In this document: positions 1 to 9,172 of the stretch, piece after piece
Numbering within the stretch: the first letter of the stretch is position 1
Layout: each line of letters begins with the position of its first letter
NCBI GenBank assembly: GCA_051382335.1
Contig: JBBCAX010000004.1
Span: forward strand, 1 to 42,658
Direction: 5' to 3'
DNA: 42,658 nt
Source of the DNA: Deltaproteobacteria bacterium TL4
GTDB taxonomy: Bacteria > SAR324 > NAC60-12
Notes under the pieces: generated by a model
The model's database searches: none
What the model saw: only the letters and a program-made list of their open reading frames with translations
What the model was told of the DNA's origin: nothing
Translations under genes and position numbers: made by a program

Positions 1-46
1 TGGATGTCTTTTTTTAGCTTCCTAATTCTATTAAAACAGGCCCGTT

Positions 47-397
47 TTAGTTCATTTTCGGGTCTGGCAATTGGAGGATGGGTTCCCCCAAAGCTCTTCT
101 AAGTTCGTCTAACCAATGCTGAGGTTCTTGTTTTTTGAACAGGCTTTTGGCGGAATTTCCAGCCCGTTTTCCTCGTTGAAAGATTTTATGATTGAGGTAA
201 AATCGAATTAAGTTCAATCGGTTTTGATTGAGTTGCCCTCTACCGGAATCGAAAAATCGTCTTAAGCGAGAGTTCACATTTTCAACATAGGACGATGCCC
301 GGATCACCGAATTGAGTAACCAAGTGGTTTGATTCCAAAGAGAGTTAAATATCGCTTCTCCCAAGTCTTCACTCAGAGCGGTTTTCCAGAAATTCAT
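47..397 (-). pseudogene. Transposase C-terminal fragment
   Basis: Motif RASSYVENVNSRLR...LIRFYLNH...RGKRAG resembles IS transposase C-termini; upstream frames are broken by stops. Confidence 0.55.
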
Positions 398-539
398 TTC
401 ATTAAATTATAATTTTTTCTCAATATGAAACTCTTGAGTTCGGAAAAACATAAACAATTTTTGAGAAATCAGACTCTGTGGGAAGATGTCCCAATATCTT
501 GAATTCGTTCCAATGAATCAAGAATTTTTTCTAACGGAG

Positions 540-591
540 GGGGTGCGTTTTTCGGCTGCCACAGGGGTGCACTTTTCCCTTGCCATAATCA
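540..591. mobile_element. Isolated IS21-like terminus
   Basis: Two 22-bp imperfect direct repeats (540-561 GGGGTGCGTTTTTCGGCTGCCA; 564-585 GGGGTGCACTTTTCCCTTGCCA) ending in CA at 590-591, the architecture of IS21 ends. Confidence 0.5.
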
Positions 592-1353
592 GGCAGGAAT
601 GGTGAAATAAAATTGACACCCCTTGCCTGGGGTGCTTTCGACCCAGATTTTTCCACCATGCAACTCAATCAGGGCTTTGCAGATGGAAAGCCCTAAACCG
701 GCCCCTCTGTTTTCCCAACTCCGGTCGCCAACTTGAATAAATGGTGCAAAAATCATTTCGAGTGCCTCACTGGGAATTCCAGCGCCATTGTCCTCAACTT
801 TGACCCTTAATGCATGGTTTGTTGAAGTTATTTCCAAATGAATTCTGCCTTGGTACGGCGTAAATTTTATCGCATTGTGGATCAGATTATTCAAAACTTG
901 TCGGATTTTGAAAATATCCATGGTGAGGGGAGGGAGCGTTTCTTGAATGTTACACGACAAGGTGATCTGTTTGCTTTGTGTGGATAATTTAAAACTGGCT
1001 TGTATTTCTTGAAAGAAGGCTCTTAAAGACTCGTTATCAAAAGAGTTGAGTTGTAACTGCAACTGTCCGGCTTCGAGTTTGGGGGCATTCAGATAGGTGT
1101 CAATCAAAATCATTTGCTGATGACAGTTTGCCTGGATATCCTCTAATAATTCTTTGAAAATGCCCTGTGCTTCAACACGGGTAGAGAGGGCGTTGGCACA
1201 CAGAAGGATATTGGTGATAGGGGAGCGGAAATCATGAATCGCAATGTTGATTAACTGATCTTTTAAGTGGATTATTTTTTTAAGCTGGGAATTTGATTCT
1301 TCAAGTTCTTGCATCCGCTGCAATAACGCTTCAGGGCTCATGGGATCCATCAA
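589..1353 (-). CDS. Soluble histidine kinase (HisKA + HATPase)
   Basis: H box HDFRSP, N box NLIHNAIKFT, G boxes DNGAGI and GAGLGL; no sensor or TM domain. Confidence 0.9.
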   Translation of the reverse strand: MMDPMSPEALLQRMQELEESNSQLKKIIHLKDQLINIAIHDFRSPITNILLCANALSTRVEAQGIFKELLEDIQANCHQQMILIDTYLNAPKLEAGQLQLQLNSFDNESLRAFFQEIQASFKLSTQSKQITLSCNIQETLPPLTMDIFKIRQVLNNLIHNAIKFTPYQGRIHLEITSTNHALRVKVEDNGAGIPSEALEMIFAPFIQVGDRSWENRGAGLGLSICKALIELHGGKIWVESTPGKGCQFYFTIPA

Positions 1354-1379
1354 TCTTCCTTTGCTGCGAGAGCGTGCGT

Positions 1380-3404
1380 TTAATTCCGATATTTATCGAG
1401 GTGAGCAAAAAATTCCGAACGTGATTGTTCTCGTTTTTGTAATTTTTTCTCAGGACTCATTTGGCCTCCAATAGGGACGTCAAATAAATCGGGATCAATC
1501 TCTTTGAGAAACCGGGAGGGTTCCTGCCTGATGACTTCCCCATACCGTTTTCTTTCTTTGGCCATCGAAAAGGTTAACTCTTTCTGTGCTCGGGTGATAC
1601 CGACGTAGCATAAACGACGTTCTTCAGCTTCACCCCCTTCATCCAAGGCTCGTTTGTTGGGAAATACCTCATCCGCCATGCCCACAATAAAAACGTAGGG
1701 AAACTCCAAGCCCTTTGCGCTATGCAAGGTCATCAAGGTCACTTGGTTGGTTTTTGTTTCCTCTTCAGAATCATCCATGGCAAAAAGCATCAGGCGTTCC
1801 AGAAAATCTTTCAAGGCTTTATCCGCGTTTTTTGCCACGTACAGGTTAATCGAGCGCATAAATTCATAAACATTCGCAAGGCGTCGTTCCTTGATTTTTT
1901 CAGAAGAGCTCTTTTGTTTTTCCAATTCACGGATGAACCCCACATGTTCCATTAAGTCATGGCACACTTTGTCTAAAGGCTCCCGATTAAACCGTTCCTG
2001 ATAATCTTCAATCATGATGCCAAACGATTCCATGGATTTGGCAGCCTCTGCGACGATGCGGGTATGTTGCGTCGCCTGCTTTATAATGGCAAAAAGAGGA
2101 CGTTTCAATTCGTTGGCACAAGTATTGGCATTGATCAAGCTGCTTTGTCCAATTCCCCGTTTGGGAAAATTAATAATCCGATGCAGACTGACTTCATCCA
2201 AGGGGTTATAAATCACGCGTAAATAAGCGATGGCGTCCTTGATTTCCTTGCGGTCATAAAAACTGCTGGAGCCCAACACCTGGTAAGGAACATTGCCTTC
2301 TCTCAAGGCTTCTTCAATCACACGGGACTGAAAATTTGAGCGGTAAAGGATGGTATAGTCCCGGTATTGACGCTTCGATTTTATGATTTGCAAACGAATA
2401 CGATCAACCACTTTTTGCATCTCTTCTGTTTCATCAGCACCCGTAATCCACTCCAAAGGAATGCCGCCTTGTTTGTCAGACCATAATTTTTTCGACATCC
2501 GTTTGGGATTGTTGGTGATCACCTGATTGGCCGCGTTTAGAATAACTTGAGTAGAACGATAATTTTGTTCTAATTTGATGACCTGTGCCTCAGGGAAATC
2601 TTTTTCAAAATCTAAGATATTACGAACGTCGGCTCCTCGCCACCCGTAAATGGATTGATCATCGTCACCAACCACACAAATGTTTCGAGAGGCTTGGGTT
2701 AAATGCCGAATTAATTGGTATTGAGTTCTATTCGTATCCTGATATTCGTCCACCATCACATACCGGTATTGACACCGAAAGGCTTCCATCGCTTCAGGGT
2801 GATGTTCAAAGAGGGTCAAGGTCAGATTGAGAATATCATCAAAATCAATGGCGTTACACCCCTTCAATACGGCATTGTATTGTTTAAAGAGTTGACCAAA
2901 AAACACATCTTTGGAAGATTGTCGGAGTGCTAAATAATCTTCTGGTGTTTTCCCCAGCATTTTCGCCTGACCAATTTCAAATTGAACGGCCTTGGCCTCA
3001 ATCACACCCGTATCTTCATATCCCCCTTCCTCAATCAGTGTCTTTAAAACCGATAATTGATCTTGGGTATCATAGATCAAAAAGTTTGGGCGATATCCCA
3101 AGTGATGAATGGTCTTCCTCAAAATTTTGACACACAAAGAGTGAAAGGTACTGACTTGCACTCCCTTTTTCCCGTTCAGCATGGGAGTCAGTCGCTCCTG
3201 CATCTCTCGAGCCGCTTTATTGGTGAAGGTCACAGCTAAAATAGACTCAGGGTCCACTTTTTTTTTCTGAACCAGATACGTAATCCGGTGAATGATGACC
3301 CGTGTTTTTCCACTTCCGGCTCCTGCAAGCAAAAGAACAGGACCATGAGTTGTGGTGACAGCTAAACGCTGCTGAGGGTTTAAAGAATCCAAATCTAAGT
3401 TCAT
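1380..3404 (-). CDS. UvrD/Rep/PcrA superfamily 1 DNA helicase
   Basis: AGAGSGKT, VDEYQDTN, VGDDDQSIY, HSAKGLEF, EERRLCYVGITRA; 674 aa, Rep-like length. Confidence 0.95.
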   Translation of the reverse strand: MNLDLDSLNPQQRLAVTTTHGPVLLLAGAGSGKTRVIIHRITYLVQKKKVDPESILAVTFTNKAAREMQERLTPMLNGKKGVQVSTFHSLCVKILRKTIHHLGYRPNFLIYDTQDQLSVLKTLIEEGGYEDTGVIEAKAVQFEIGQAKMLGKTPEDYLALRQSSKDVFFGQLFKQYNAVLKGCNAIDFDDILNLTLTLFEHHPEAMEAFRCQYRYVMVDEYQDTNRTQYQLIRHLTQASRNICVVGDDDQSIYGWRGADVRNILDFEKDFPEAQVIKLEQNYRSTQVILNAANQVITNNPKRMSKKLWSDKQGGIPLEWITGADETEEMQKVVDRIRLQIIKSKRQYRDYTILYRSNFQSRVIEEALREGNVPYQVLGSSSFYDRKEIKDAIAYLRVIYNPLDEVSLHRIINFPKRGIGQSSLINANTCANELKRPLFAIIKQATQHTRIVAEAAKSMESFGIMIEDYQERFNREPLDKVCHDLMEHVGFIRELEKQKSSSEKIKERRLANVYEFMRSINLYVAKNADKALKDFLERLMLFAMDDSEEETKTNQVTLMTLHSAKGLEFPYVFIVGMADEVFPNKRALDEGGEAEERRLCYVGITRAQKELTFSMAKERKRYGEVIRQEPSRFLKEIDPDLFDVPIGGQMSPEKKLQKREQSRSEFFAHLDKYRN

Positions 3405-3810
3405 AGCGAAAACAGTGCGGAAAAATATAGTGAGCTGAGGCGAAGTGGCAACAAAGAAACAGATACGCGGAAAGTATGCTGTCTCTTCTGAAGCATAAGG
3501 TCAAGCTAGCTGTTGGTATTTTTTAGAAGATCTTGATTGTAAAGCACAAAATTGTTGCCTTCGCTGGGATCGAGGGTTTGGGGCTCTGTCCGAGTGTTCA
3601 GGGAGGCGCTGAGTTTTTGAGTGGCGATAATTTTTTTCTGGGGATTGTTTATGATCGTGCATTTATTGTTGATTTCTGGTAACTACAGTCTCAGCAACAG
3701 GAAAAGACACTGGGAAAATAAGAATTTTCCTTTTTCTGTGATGGCGTTGTGACGGTTTTTGGAGGGAGTGTCCGTGAAGTACAAACTTGGAATAACAAAA
3801 GGAGGTTCCT

Positions 3811-4743
3811 GTGTCATTGAAAGTTAAAGCGGTTGTGAATCCCCGTTCAGCAAATGGACAAACGGCCATACGTTGGCCTGAAATTGAGCAAAAGTTGAAC
3901 CGGTCGATTGGGGCTATTGATGCCGAATTCACCCAAGGCATAGGTTCGGCAACACAGATCACCCGTCGTGCGATCAAAGAGGGGTATGGCCATATTATTT
4001 CTATTGGTGGCGATGGTACCCTCAGCGAGGTAGTCAATGGATTTTTTGAGGAGGACAAAGTACTCCAACCTGAAGTTTTATTGTCGGTCATAACGCAAGG
4101 AACCGGGGGGGATTTTCGCAAAAGTATGGGTTTGAAAAACAATGTAGATACCGCAATCAAAGCCATTGCTCACGGTTCGGTCCACCCTATCGATATTGGA
4201 AAAATGAGCTTTGTTGGAAATGATGGTGTTCCCCATCAAGTCCGTTATTTCAACAATATTGCGAGTTTTGGTATGGGCGGAGAGGTGGATCAACGTGTGA
4301 ATGCTTCTGCTGCCGCTAAAATTATGGGCGGTCAGGGGGCCTTTCTGTGGGCTACCTTGCGGACCATGATTCTGTATACCAACAAGAAAGTTCGACTGCA
4401 GATTGATGACCACTTTGATGAACAACTCACCATTCGTAACGTCGCAATTGCTAATGGACAATATTTTGGTGGAGGCATGTGGATTGCTCCAAAAGCAAAA
4501 TTAGATGACGGTTTATTTGATATTACCATCATGGGCGATATTGGCCGTGCCGAGCTGTTACGACAAATGAAGCATTATTACGATGGACGCTTATTTTCTC
4601 TACCTAAAGTGCAATATCTTCAAGGAAAAAAGATCACGGCGACGTGTTCTGAAGAAATTTTGCTGGATGTCGATGGTGAAGCACCGGGCCGATTGCCAGC
4701 AACTTTTGAGCTCCTTCCGCATGCGATTAAATTGAAACATTGA
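3811..4743 (+). CDS. Diacylglycerol kinase family lipid kinase (YegS/BmrU-like)
   Basis: NPRS, GGDGT, GTGGDF, NGQYFGGG, DVDGE motifs; RBS GGAGG before GTG. Confidence 0.9.
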   Translation: MSLKVKAVVNPRSANGQTAIRWPEIEQKLNRSIGAIDAEFTQGIGSATQITRRAIKEGYGHIISIGGDGTLSEVVNGFFEEDKVLQPEVLLSVITQGTGGDFRKSMGLKNNVDTAIKAIAHGSVHPIDIGKMSFVGNDGVPHQVRYFNNIASFGMGGEVDQRVNASAAAKIMGGQGAFLWATLRTMILYTNKKVRLQIDDHFDEQLTIRNVAIANGQYFGGGMWIAPKAKLDDGLFDITIMGDIGRAELLRQMKHYYDGRLFSLPKVQYLQGKKITATCSEEILLDVDGEAPGRLPATFELLPHAIKLKH

Positions 4744-5109
4744 TCTTATAGTAGGCTCCTGATATGCTTGCTAGCGGGGTATTTATATTTAATCTGCTGT
4801 TTTAAACGAGCACCTGTGAGCCTTGGAACCCTTTGGAGGGAGTTGCTCTGGGGTGCTCATGATTTCTCGAACCGAATGCCACTTTATGGACTCGAATAGG
4901 GAGTGGATTGTAGGGAAAATCAATAATCGAATAGAGGTGATGGTACAATAATTGCCTTGCTAGAGGTGTCTTGCATGCGTAGTTTATACGTAGGTCGTCT
5001 TTGAATTCTTTAAGTATTTGGTATGCTTTGGAATCTAATCAAGTTTGTGGATGAGGTGCGAGAGTTTAAGCTTGACCTCCCCCTTCCTCAATAAAACGGT
5101 GAAACTGAG

Positions 5110-6459
5110 ATGGCAAAAAAAAAGCTTCCTGTTATAACAACTGGGGATATGTCTTTTGAGGAAATCGTCAATAAGACGATTTTTCAAGGGGGGAAAGATC
5201 TCAAGTATTTGGATCCCGCTGAAGGCGTAAGCAAACATCTGATTTTTTCAAAAGATTCGGGTAATATTCCAGGGATCATCCATAAACATTGGGATATAGA
5301 GGTTGCAAAACGCGTCGAGGAGATTCATGAGGCGAAGGGGAATAACAACTTTTTTACACATGCGACGGCGTTGCTCTTGGGTCGTAAGGATAATACCCGT
5401 GTTGATGGCACAGAGCTCTCGAAATATAGTCCTGCCGGATCCAAAAACTCAGCCAAAATAAACGTTTATCTCAAACGTCTTTCTCAAGACCCTGCTGATG
5501 CCATTGCCCGTATGAATCTTGCGGTGATCATTGCGGATCCTGAACGAATGTTTAAAAAAGAGGGCAGAGAAATAACGGTAGAAGTTCATCGAACCGCATT
5601 TCTTCAAGCGACCGCGAGTTGTTTGCTGGGAGAATATAATCTGAAACAGCTTTTTGCGGCCCTCACCCTTCAACATAATTATTTGGAGCAGCTTAAACTT
5701 AAGTGCCGTAATGATGTCAAAAAACTGGAAGCGTTTGCGGCATCTCATTCCTCGGTTCCAGAATTTAAAAAAAAGGTTGACCGCCTGATCGTGATGATTC
5801 GACGAAACCAATCGATTGTCTCGGAACTTCAGTCACAAAGCAACCCCCTTCATTTGAAACATCAATCGAACCTCGATTTTGTTGTAAGTCTTCGCGAAAT
5901 CTCTGATTTTTTACTGCGTGATGAAAAAAAAGCTCAGGATGCCGAAAAAATCAGGCACATCCTGGGGGGATCGGTGCGTATTGTGAATGTGATGAAATCG
6001 ATGCCTCTGATGTATAAAAAAGCCCATGAGCTGACGGATGCATTGATGAAATTAGATGCGGGAAGTCCTATTCCAGCCTTTCTTAAGGCTCGTATTGAGA
6101 AAAATTGTTTGGTATTTGCTAATAGTCGATTTACCTCAGGAGAACGGACCAAAGAAGTATTGGAATTAGCCAAGAAACACTTTAAAACCGCCTATAATTA
6201 TTATGGACAAGCCCGTAAAATTATAGGAAATATGCCATCTCAAAATGATTGTACTGTCCTTTTCGAATATGCTCAGGTTGCCTATCTGTTCTATCAGATA
6301 GCCCCGATGCTCGACATTCAACTGCCTAAAGTATGGGTCAAGACCGTCTTTCAAAACTCTCAGAAAGCCTTGGAACTCGTTGTTGCCGCGGATACTAAAA
6401 TTACTGGGGTTATTGAGTTACAGCGAAATATTGCCAAGGCGCTGGAAAAAGAAGGATGA
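5110..6459 (+). CDS. Hypothetical helical protein
   Basis: 449-aa ORF followed 10 bp later by the next gene; no recognised motif. Confidence 0.7.
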   Translation: MAKKKLPVITTGDMSFEEIVNKTIFQGGKDLKYLDPAEGVSKHLIFSKDSGNIPGIIHKHWDIEVAKRVEEIHEAKGNNNFFTHATALLLGRKDNTRVDGTELSKYSPAGSKNSAKINVYLKRLSQDPADAIARMNLAVIIADPERMFKKEGREITVEVHRTAFLQATASCLLGEYNLKQLFAALTLQHNYLEQLKLKCRNDVKKLEAFAASHSSVPEFKKKVDRLIVMIRRNQSIVSELQSQSNPLHLKHQSNLDFVVSLREISDFLLRDEKKAQDAEKIRHILGGSVRIVNVMKSMPLMYKKAHELTDALMKLDAGSPIPAFLKARIEKNCLVFANSRFTSGERTKEVLELAKKHFKTAYNYYGQARKIIGNMPSQNDCTVLFEYAQVAYLFYQIAPMLDIQLPKVWVKTVFQNSQKALELVVAADTKITGVIELQRNIAKALEKEG

Positions 6460-6469
6460 GTTCCCACCT

Positions 6470-7246
6470 ATGACGCTAGTCACGCTCACTACTGATTTTG
6501 GAACACAAGACGGATATGTCGGGGCAATGAAAGGACGGATTCTTTCCCTTGCTCCAAGCGCCACCATTCTTGACCTGACTCACGAGATTGCTCCCCAAGA
6601 CCTGATTCAAGCGGCTTTTTGTATTAAGCGCAGTCTGACTTACTTTTCCCGGGATACCATTCATGTGATGGTGGTTGATCCCGGTGTCGGATCGCTTAGG
6701 GAAGGGCTTGTTGTACAAACCAAGTGTGGACTGTTAGTCGCTCCTGATAATGGAATTTTAAGTTTATTTTTGGCAGAGACAAGGCCTCAACAAATCCGAA
6801 GAATTCGTAAAGAAACCCTACTTTGGAAAGCTCATAGCAGTTTTGACGGGTTGGCTGTTTTTGCGCCTGTTGCCGCGCACTTAGCTCAGGGAATGTCCCT
6901 GGATCAAATAGGAGACATTGTTGAAGCGATTCAACCCTTGGCGCTTCCGGAACCTGATATTCAAACGAGTCATATCGAAGGGGAGATCCTTCTTTTTGAC
7001 CGTTTTGGAAATGCGATTACCAATATCCCGTCCGCTCAACTCCAAGCTAAAGAATTTTCCGTTCATTGTCAGCGTCATAGCCTTCCTTTTCAGTGTCATT
7101 ATAGTACTGAAAGCGAACAGCCTCATCCTGCAATAGCGATCATGAATAGTGATCATCTGTTAGAATTAGCCGTTTATTGCGGTTCAATAGAGGAGGAATT
7201 TCAACTTAAAAGGGGGATGAAGGTCAGGGTCGAATTTAAGACTTAA
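6470..7246 (+). CDS. SAM hydroxide adenosyltransferase / SAM-dependent halogenase family (DUF62)
   Basis: TLTTDFG, VVDPGVGS, APDNG, DRFGNAITN motifs; start moved to ATG 6470. Confidence 0.9.
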   Translation: MTLVTLTTDFGTQDGYVGAMKGRILSLAPSATILDLTHEIAPQDLIQAAFCIKRSLTYFSRDTIHVMVVDPGVGSLREGLVVQTKCGLLVAPDNGILSLFLAETRPQQIRRIRKETLLWKAHSSFDGLAVFAPVAAHLAQGMSLDQIGDIVEAIQPLALPEPDIQTSHIEGEILLFDRFGNAITNIPSAQLQAKEFSVHCQRHSLPFQCHYSTESEQPHPAIAIMNSDHLLELAVYCGSIEEEFQLKRGMKVRVEFKT

Positions 7247-7309
7247 TAAAGTGAGGTCAAAAAGGCGGGACTAGCCCGCCTATTTCTTAACGTTTCATGT
7301 TAACCATTT
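7220..7309 (+). repeat. Junction direct repeat copy 1 (attL-like)
   Basis: AAGGTCAGGGTCGAATTTAAG...TTAACGTTTCATGTTAACCATTT; DUF62 3' end, terminator and last codons of flgE; one mismatch to 14945-15034. Confidence 0.95.
7259..7288. terminator. Intrinsic, probably bidirectional terminator
   Basis: AAAA-AGGCGGG-actag-CCCGCCT-ATTTCTT. Confidence 0.8.
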
Positions 7310-7496
7310 AAAACACGAACACTTATGGGACTGACCCATCTCTATCTCCAAAAACAGGGACTTGTTTCTATCAGACAACTTTGGATCAAGTGTCACTATC
7401 TCGCGACAGCGCAATGATTTCTACAAACCGCCGTATGCTTCAGCCGCATGTCCGGTGGTGTGGAAGGTGGCGGAGAAAAACCGCTACCTACCCGAT
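7310..7496 (+). mobile_element. 5'-truncated group IIC intron (RT/maturase tail, domains V and VI)
   Basis: Frame MGLTHLYLQKQGLVSIRQLWIKCHYLATAQ* (stop 7415-7417); DV AACCGCCGTATGC...GCATGTCCGGTGGTGTG with CGC triad; DVI ending CTACCCGAT. Confidence 0.85.
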
Positions 7497-7505
7497 TGGG
7501 CGGGT

Positions 7506-8021
7506 TCACTCATACCCACATCCGCAACATAGTGTCTGATCACCACGTGGACACTTTTCCGCAAAACTTCCGAAATCAATCAGATCCACATGGCGTTTCA
7601 AAATCTCCGGAATATTTTGCATCGTGTAATTAGGATAAATGCCCACAATTTTTGAATCCTGATCGGCCACCACGATGATGGAAGTTGCATTGCTTCCATC
7701 CAGGCCTACCTCATCCGATACTTCTTCACGATCATCGCCTGAAAGCCATCCTCCCAGACACTCTACAACTTCTCCATGAGTACCACAGTCATCAAAAACA
7801 CACATTGTCGGCAACCCTTTCTCTACCACATAAATGTAAAACTTTGATCGAGGTACATTTTTATAGGGATATGATGTTGAATCTCCTGGTCTCTCAAGAG
7901 CAGGTTCCCCCAGTTTAAGAGGACCAAACTCCTTGATCTTGCCTCTATCACAGGCTATTAACAGAAGTATTGGAATAACCATAAAGAGAAAAATAAAAAT
8001 GATACGTGGCCTCATGGTCAT
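7506..8021 (-). CDS. Hypothetical lipoprotein, integron cassette gene
   Basis: Hydrophobic N-terminus with lipobox LIAC; stop is followed by a partial R'' GCCCA. Confidence 0.65.
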   Translation of the reverse strand: MTMRPRIIFIFLFMVIPILLLIACDRGKIKEFGPLKLGEPALERPGDSTSYPYKNVPRSKFYIYVVEKGLPTMCVFDDCGTHGEVVECLGGWLSGDDREEVSDEVGLDGSNATSIIVVADQDSKIVGIYPNYTMQNIPEILKRHVDLIDFGSFAEKCPRGDQTLCCGCGYE

Positions 8022-8434
8022 TCCACGACCTGAAGTGTACCAATACTGATTCCATCGCCTTTTCTGGCCTTAATCAAAACACGGTATAATTCATCCCATC
8101 GCTCTCGTTCCAGGATGGTAATACATCCCAGTGAAGCTCTTCCGGTGTGAATGAAAGTCTTCAGATCAACTGGGATCGTGGTTTGCAGACTCCCAACATC
8201 CTTGAAAACCGGATCTCTTTCAATGATGCGAATCTGGACGGGCAAAGAGAACGAAGGTTGGCTGGTGAGAAACTGTCCAATTTCCTGGTTGAGATTAACA
8301 CTTTTCCCTTGGGACAGTTTCTTGTTGATTCCCAGAAAACGGTTGGGAACCTCCATTTCAATCCGTAAGTTCCTGCCAATGGAATCCCCGGAGTATTTCA
8401 AACCGACCCACTTCAGTATGACGATTTTGTTCAT
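8018..8434 (-). CDS. Hypothetical cassette protein with an HxGxxSxGC (L,D-transpeptidase/Tlde1-like) C-terminal motif
   Basis: HTGRASLGCIT; starts just after attC R'; 4-bp overlap with the lipoprotein gene. Confidence 0.5.
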   Translation of the reverse strand: MNKIVILKWVGLKYSGDSIGRNLRIEMEVPNRFLGINKKLSQGKSVNLNQEIGQFLTSQPSFSLPVQIRIIERDPVFKDVGSLQTTIPVDLKTFIHTGRASLGCITILERERWDELYRVLIKARKGDGISIGTLQVVE

Positions 8435-8455
8435 TGTAATCTCTTCGAATAGTAC

Positions 8456-8542
8456 GCCCAACGCTTTGCATCACCGGCGGCAAAAAACAGAACGACAAAT
8501 GATCGGCGCTTTTTGCTGTAAGAATGCATGCGCTTATTAGGC
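8456..8542 (-). mobile_element. Integron attC site (degenerate R'')
   Basis: Minus strand GCCTAAT...TGCAT...GCAAAAA...TTTTTGC...ATGCA...GTTGGGC; 87-bp imperfect palindrome between co-oriented ORFs. Confidence 0.75.
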
Positions 8543-8565
8543 TTTTTCATTTTTTATCAAATTGC

Positions 8566-8880
8566 TTATAGTGCGTTTGCATCTAGTGCCTCTCGTTCTT
8601 TGTCGCATTTCTCCGAGTTTTCAAACTCATACTGAATGTAAACATCACCTTTTTCGTGACCAAGGCCAGTAGCTATCAAGATAATGGCTTTTAAATTATC
8701 TGTTAGCGTGGACTGTTCTTCGGCATCCCAATAAGCACAAAGGTATCTTTCCTCTTTGGTTAAACCAGCCATAAAATCTTCTGGCTCATCCCAGATACTG
8801 CCAGGCAAAAGAAAATCTTGTGTTTTGTGCTTTCCATATTTTTTAGCTAAAGCGTCCTTTCATGAATGAAACTTTTCCAC
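8566..8880 (-). pseudogene. 5'-truncated cassette gene
   Basis: Frame extends upstream as KDALAKKYGKHKTQDFLLPGSIW, then meets a stop and the repeat element at 8881. Confidence 0.5.
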
Positions 8881-8900
8881 CTGTGCAGGTACCTTTTTTT

Positions 8901-9051
8901 GGCTACTGGCCTAAGACGGGACAGCCATCATTTCAGTAGGTTGGGTAGAGCGGTAGCGAAACCCAACATCCAGGCAGTAATGTCCGTTTTTCGTTGGGTT
9001 TCGCTACGCTCTACCCAACCTACGTTTTTGTCCCACTTTAGACCGGTAGCC
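8901..9051. mobile_element. MITE carrying a REP doublet
   Basis: 23-bp imperfect TIR (GGCTACTGGCCTAAGACGGGACA / GGCTACCGGTCTAAAGTGGGACA), 8-bp TSD CTTTTTTT (8893-8900, 9052-9059), inner inverted pair GTTGGGTAGAGCG...CGCTCTACCCAACCTAC. Confidence 0.85.
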
Positions 9052-9057
9052 CTTTTT

Positions 9058-9172
9058 TTAACCACGAAAAACACTAAAAACACGAAATAAAACCTGCAAA
9101 ATAGGGTTTCACGGAGGAATTCATTTATTAAAAAATCATTTATTTCGTGTTTTTCGTGTTTTTCGTGGTTAA
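9058..9172. repeat. AACCACGAAA-type inverted repeat element
   Basis: TTAACCACGAAAAACACTAAAAACACGAAA ... TTTCGTGTTTTTCGTGTTTTTCGTGGTTAA. Confidence 0.8.

Noticed and set aside
7310..7496. Retron/DGR, or a terminator-targeted intron insertion
   Set aside because: Only an RT tail with group II DV/DVI is present; the 3' exon matches attC, and the intron 5' end is missing
9058..9172. CRISPR-like array
   Set aside because: Short 9-bp units in inverted arrangement, with no unique spacers and no cas genes
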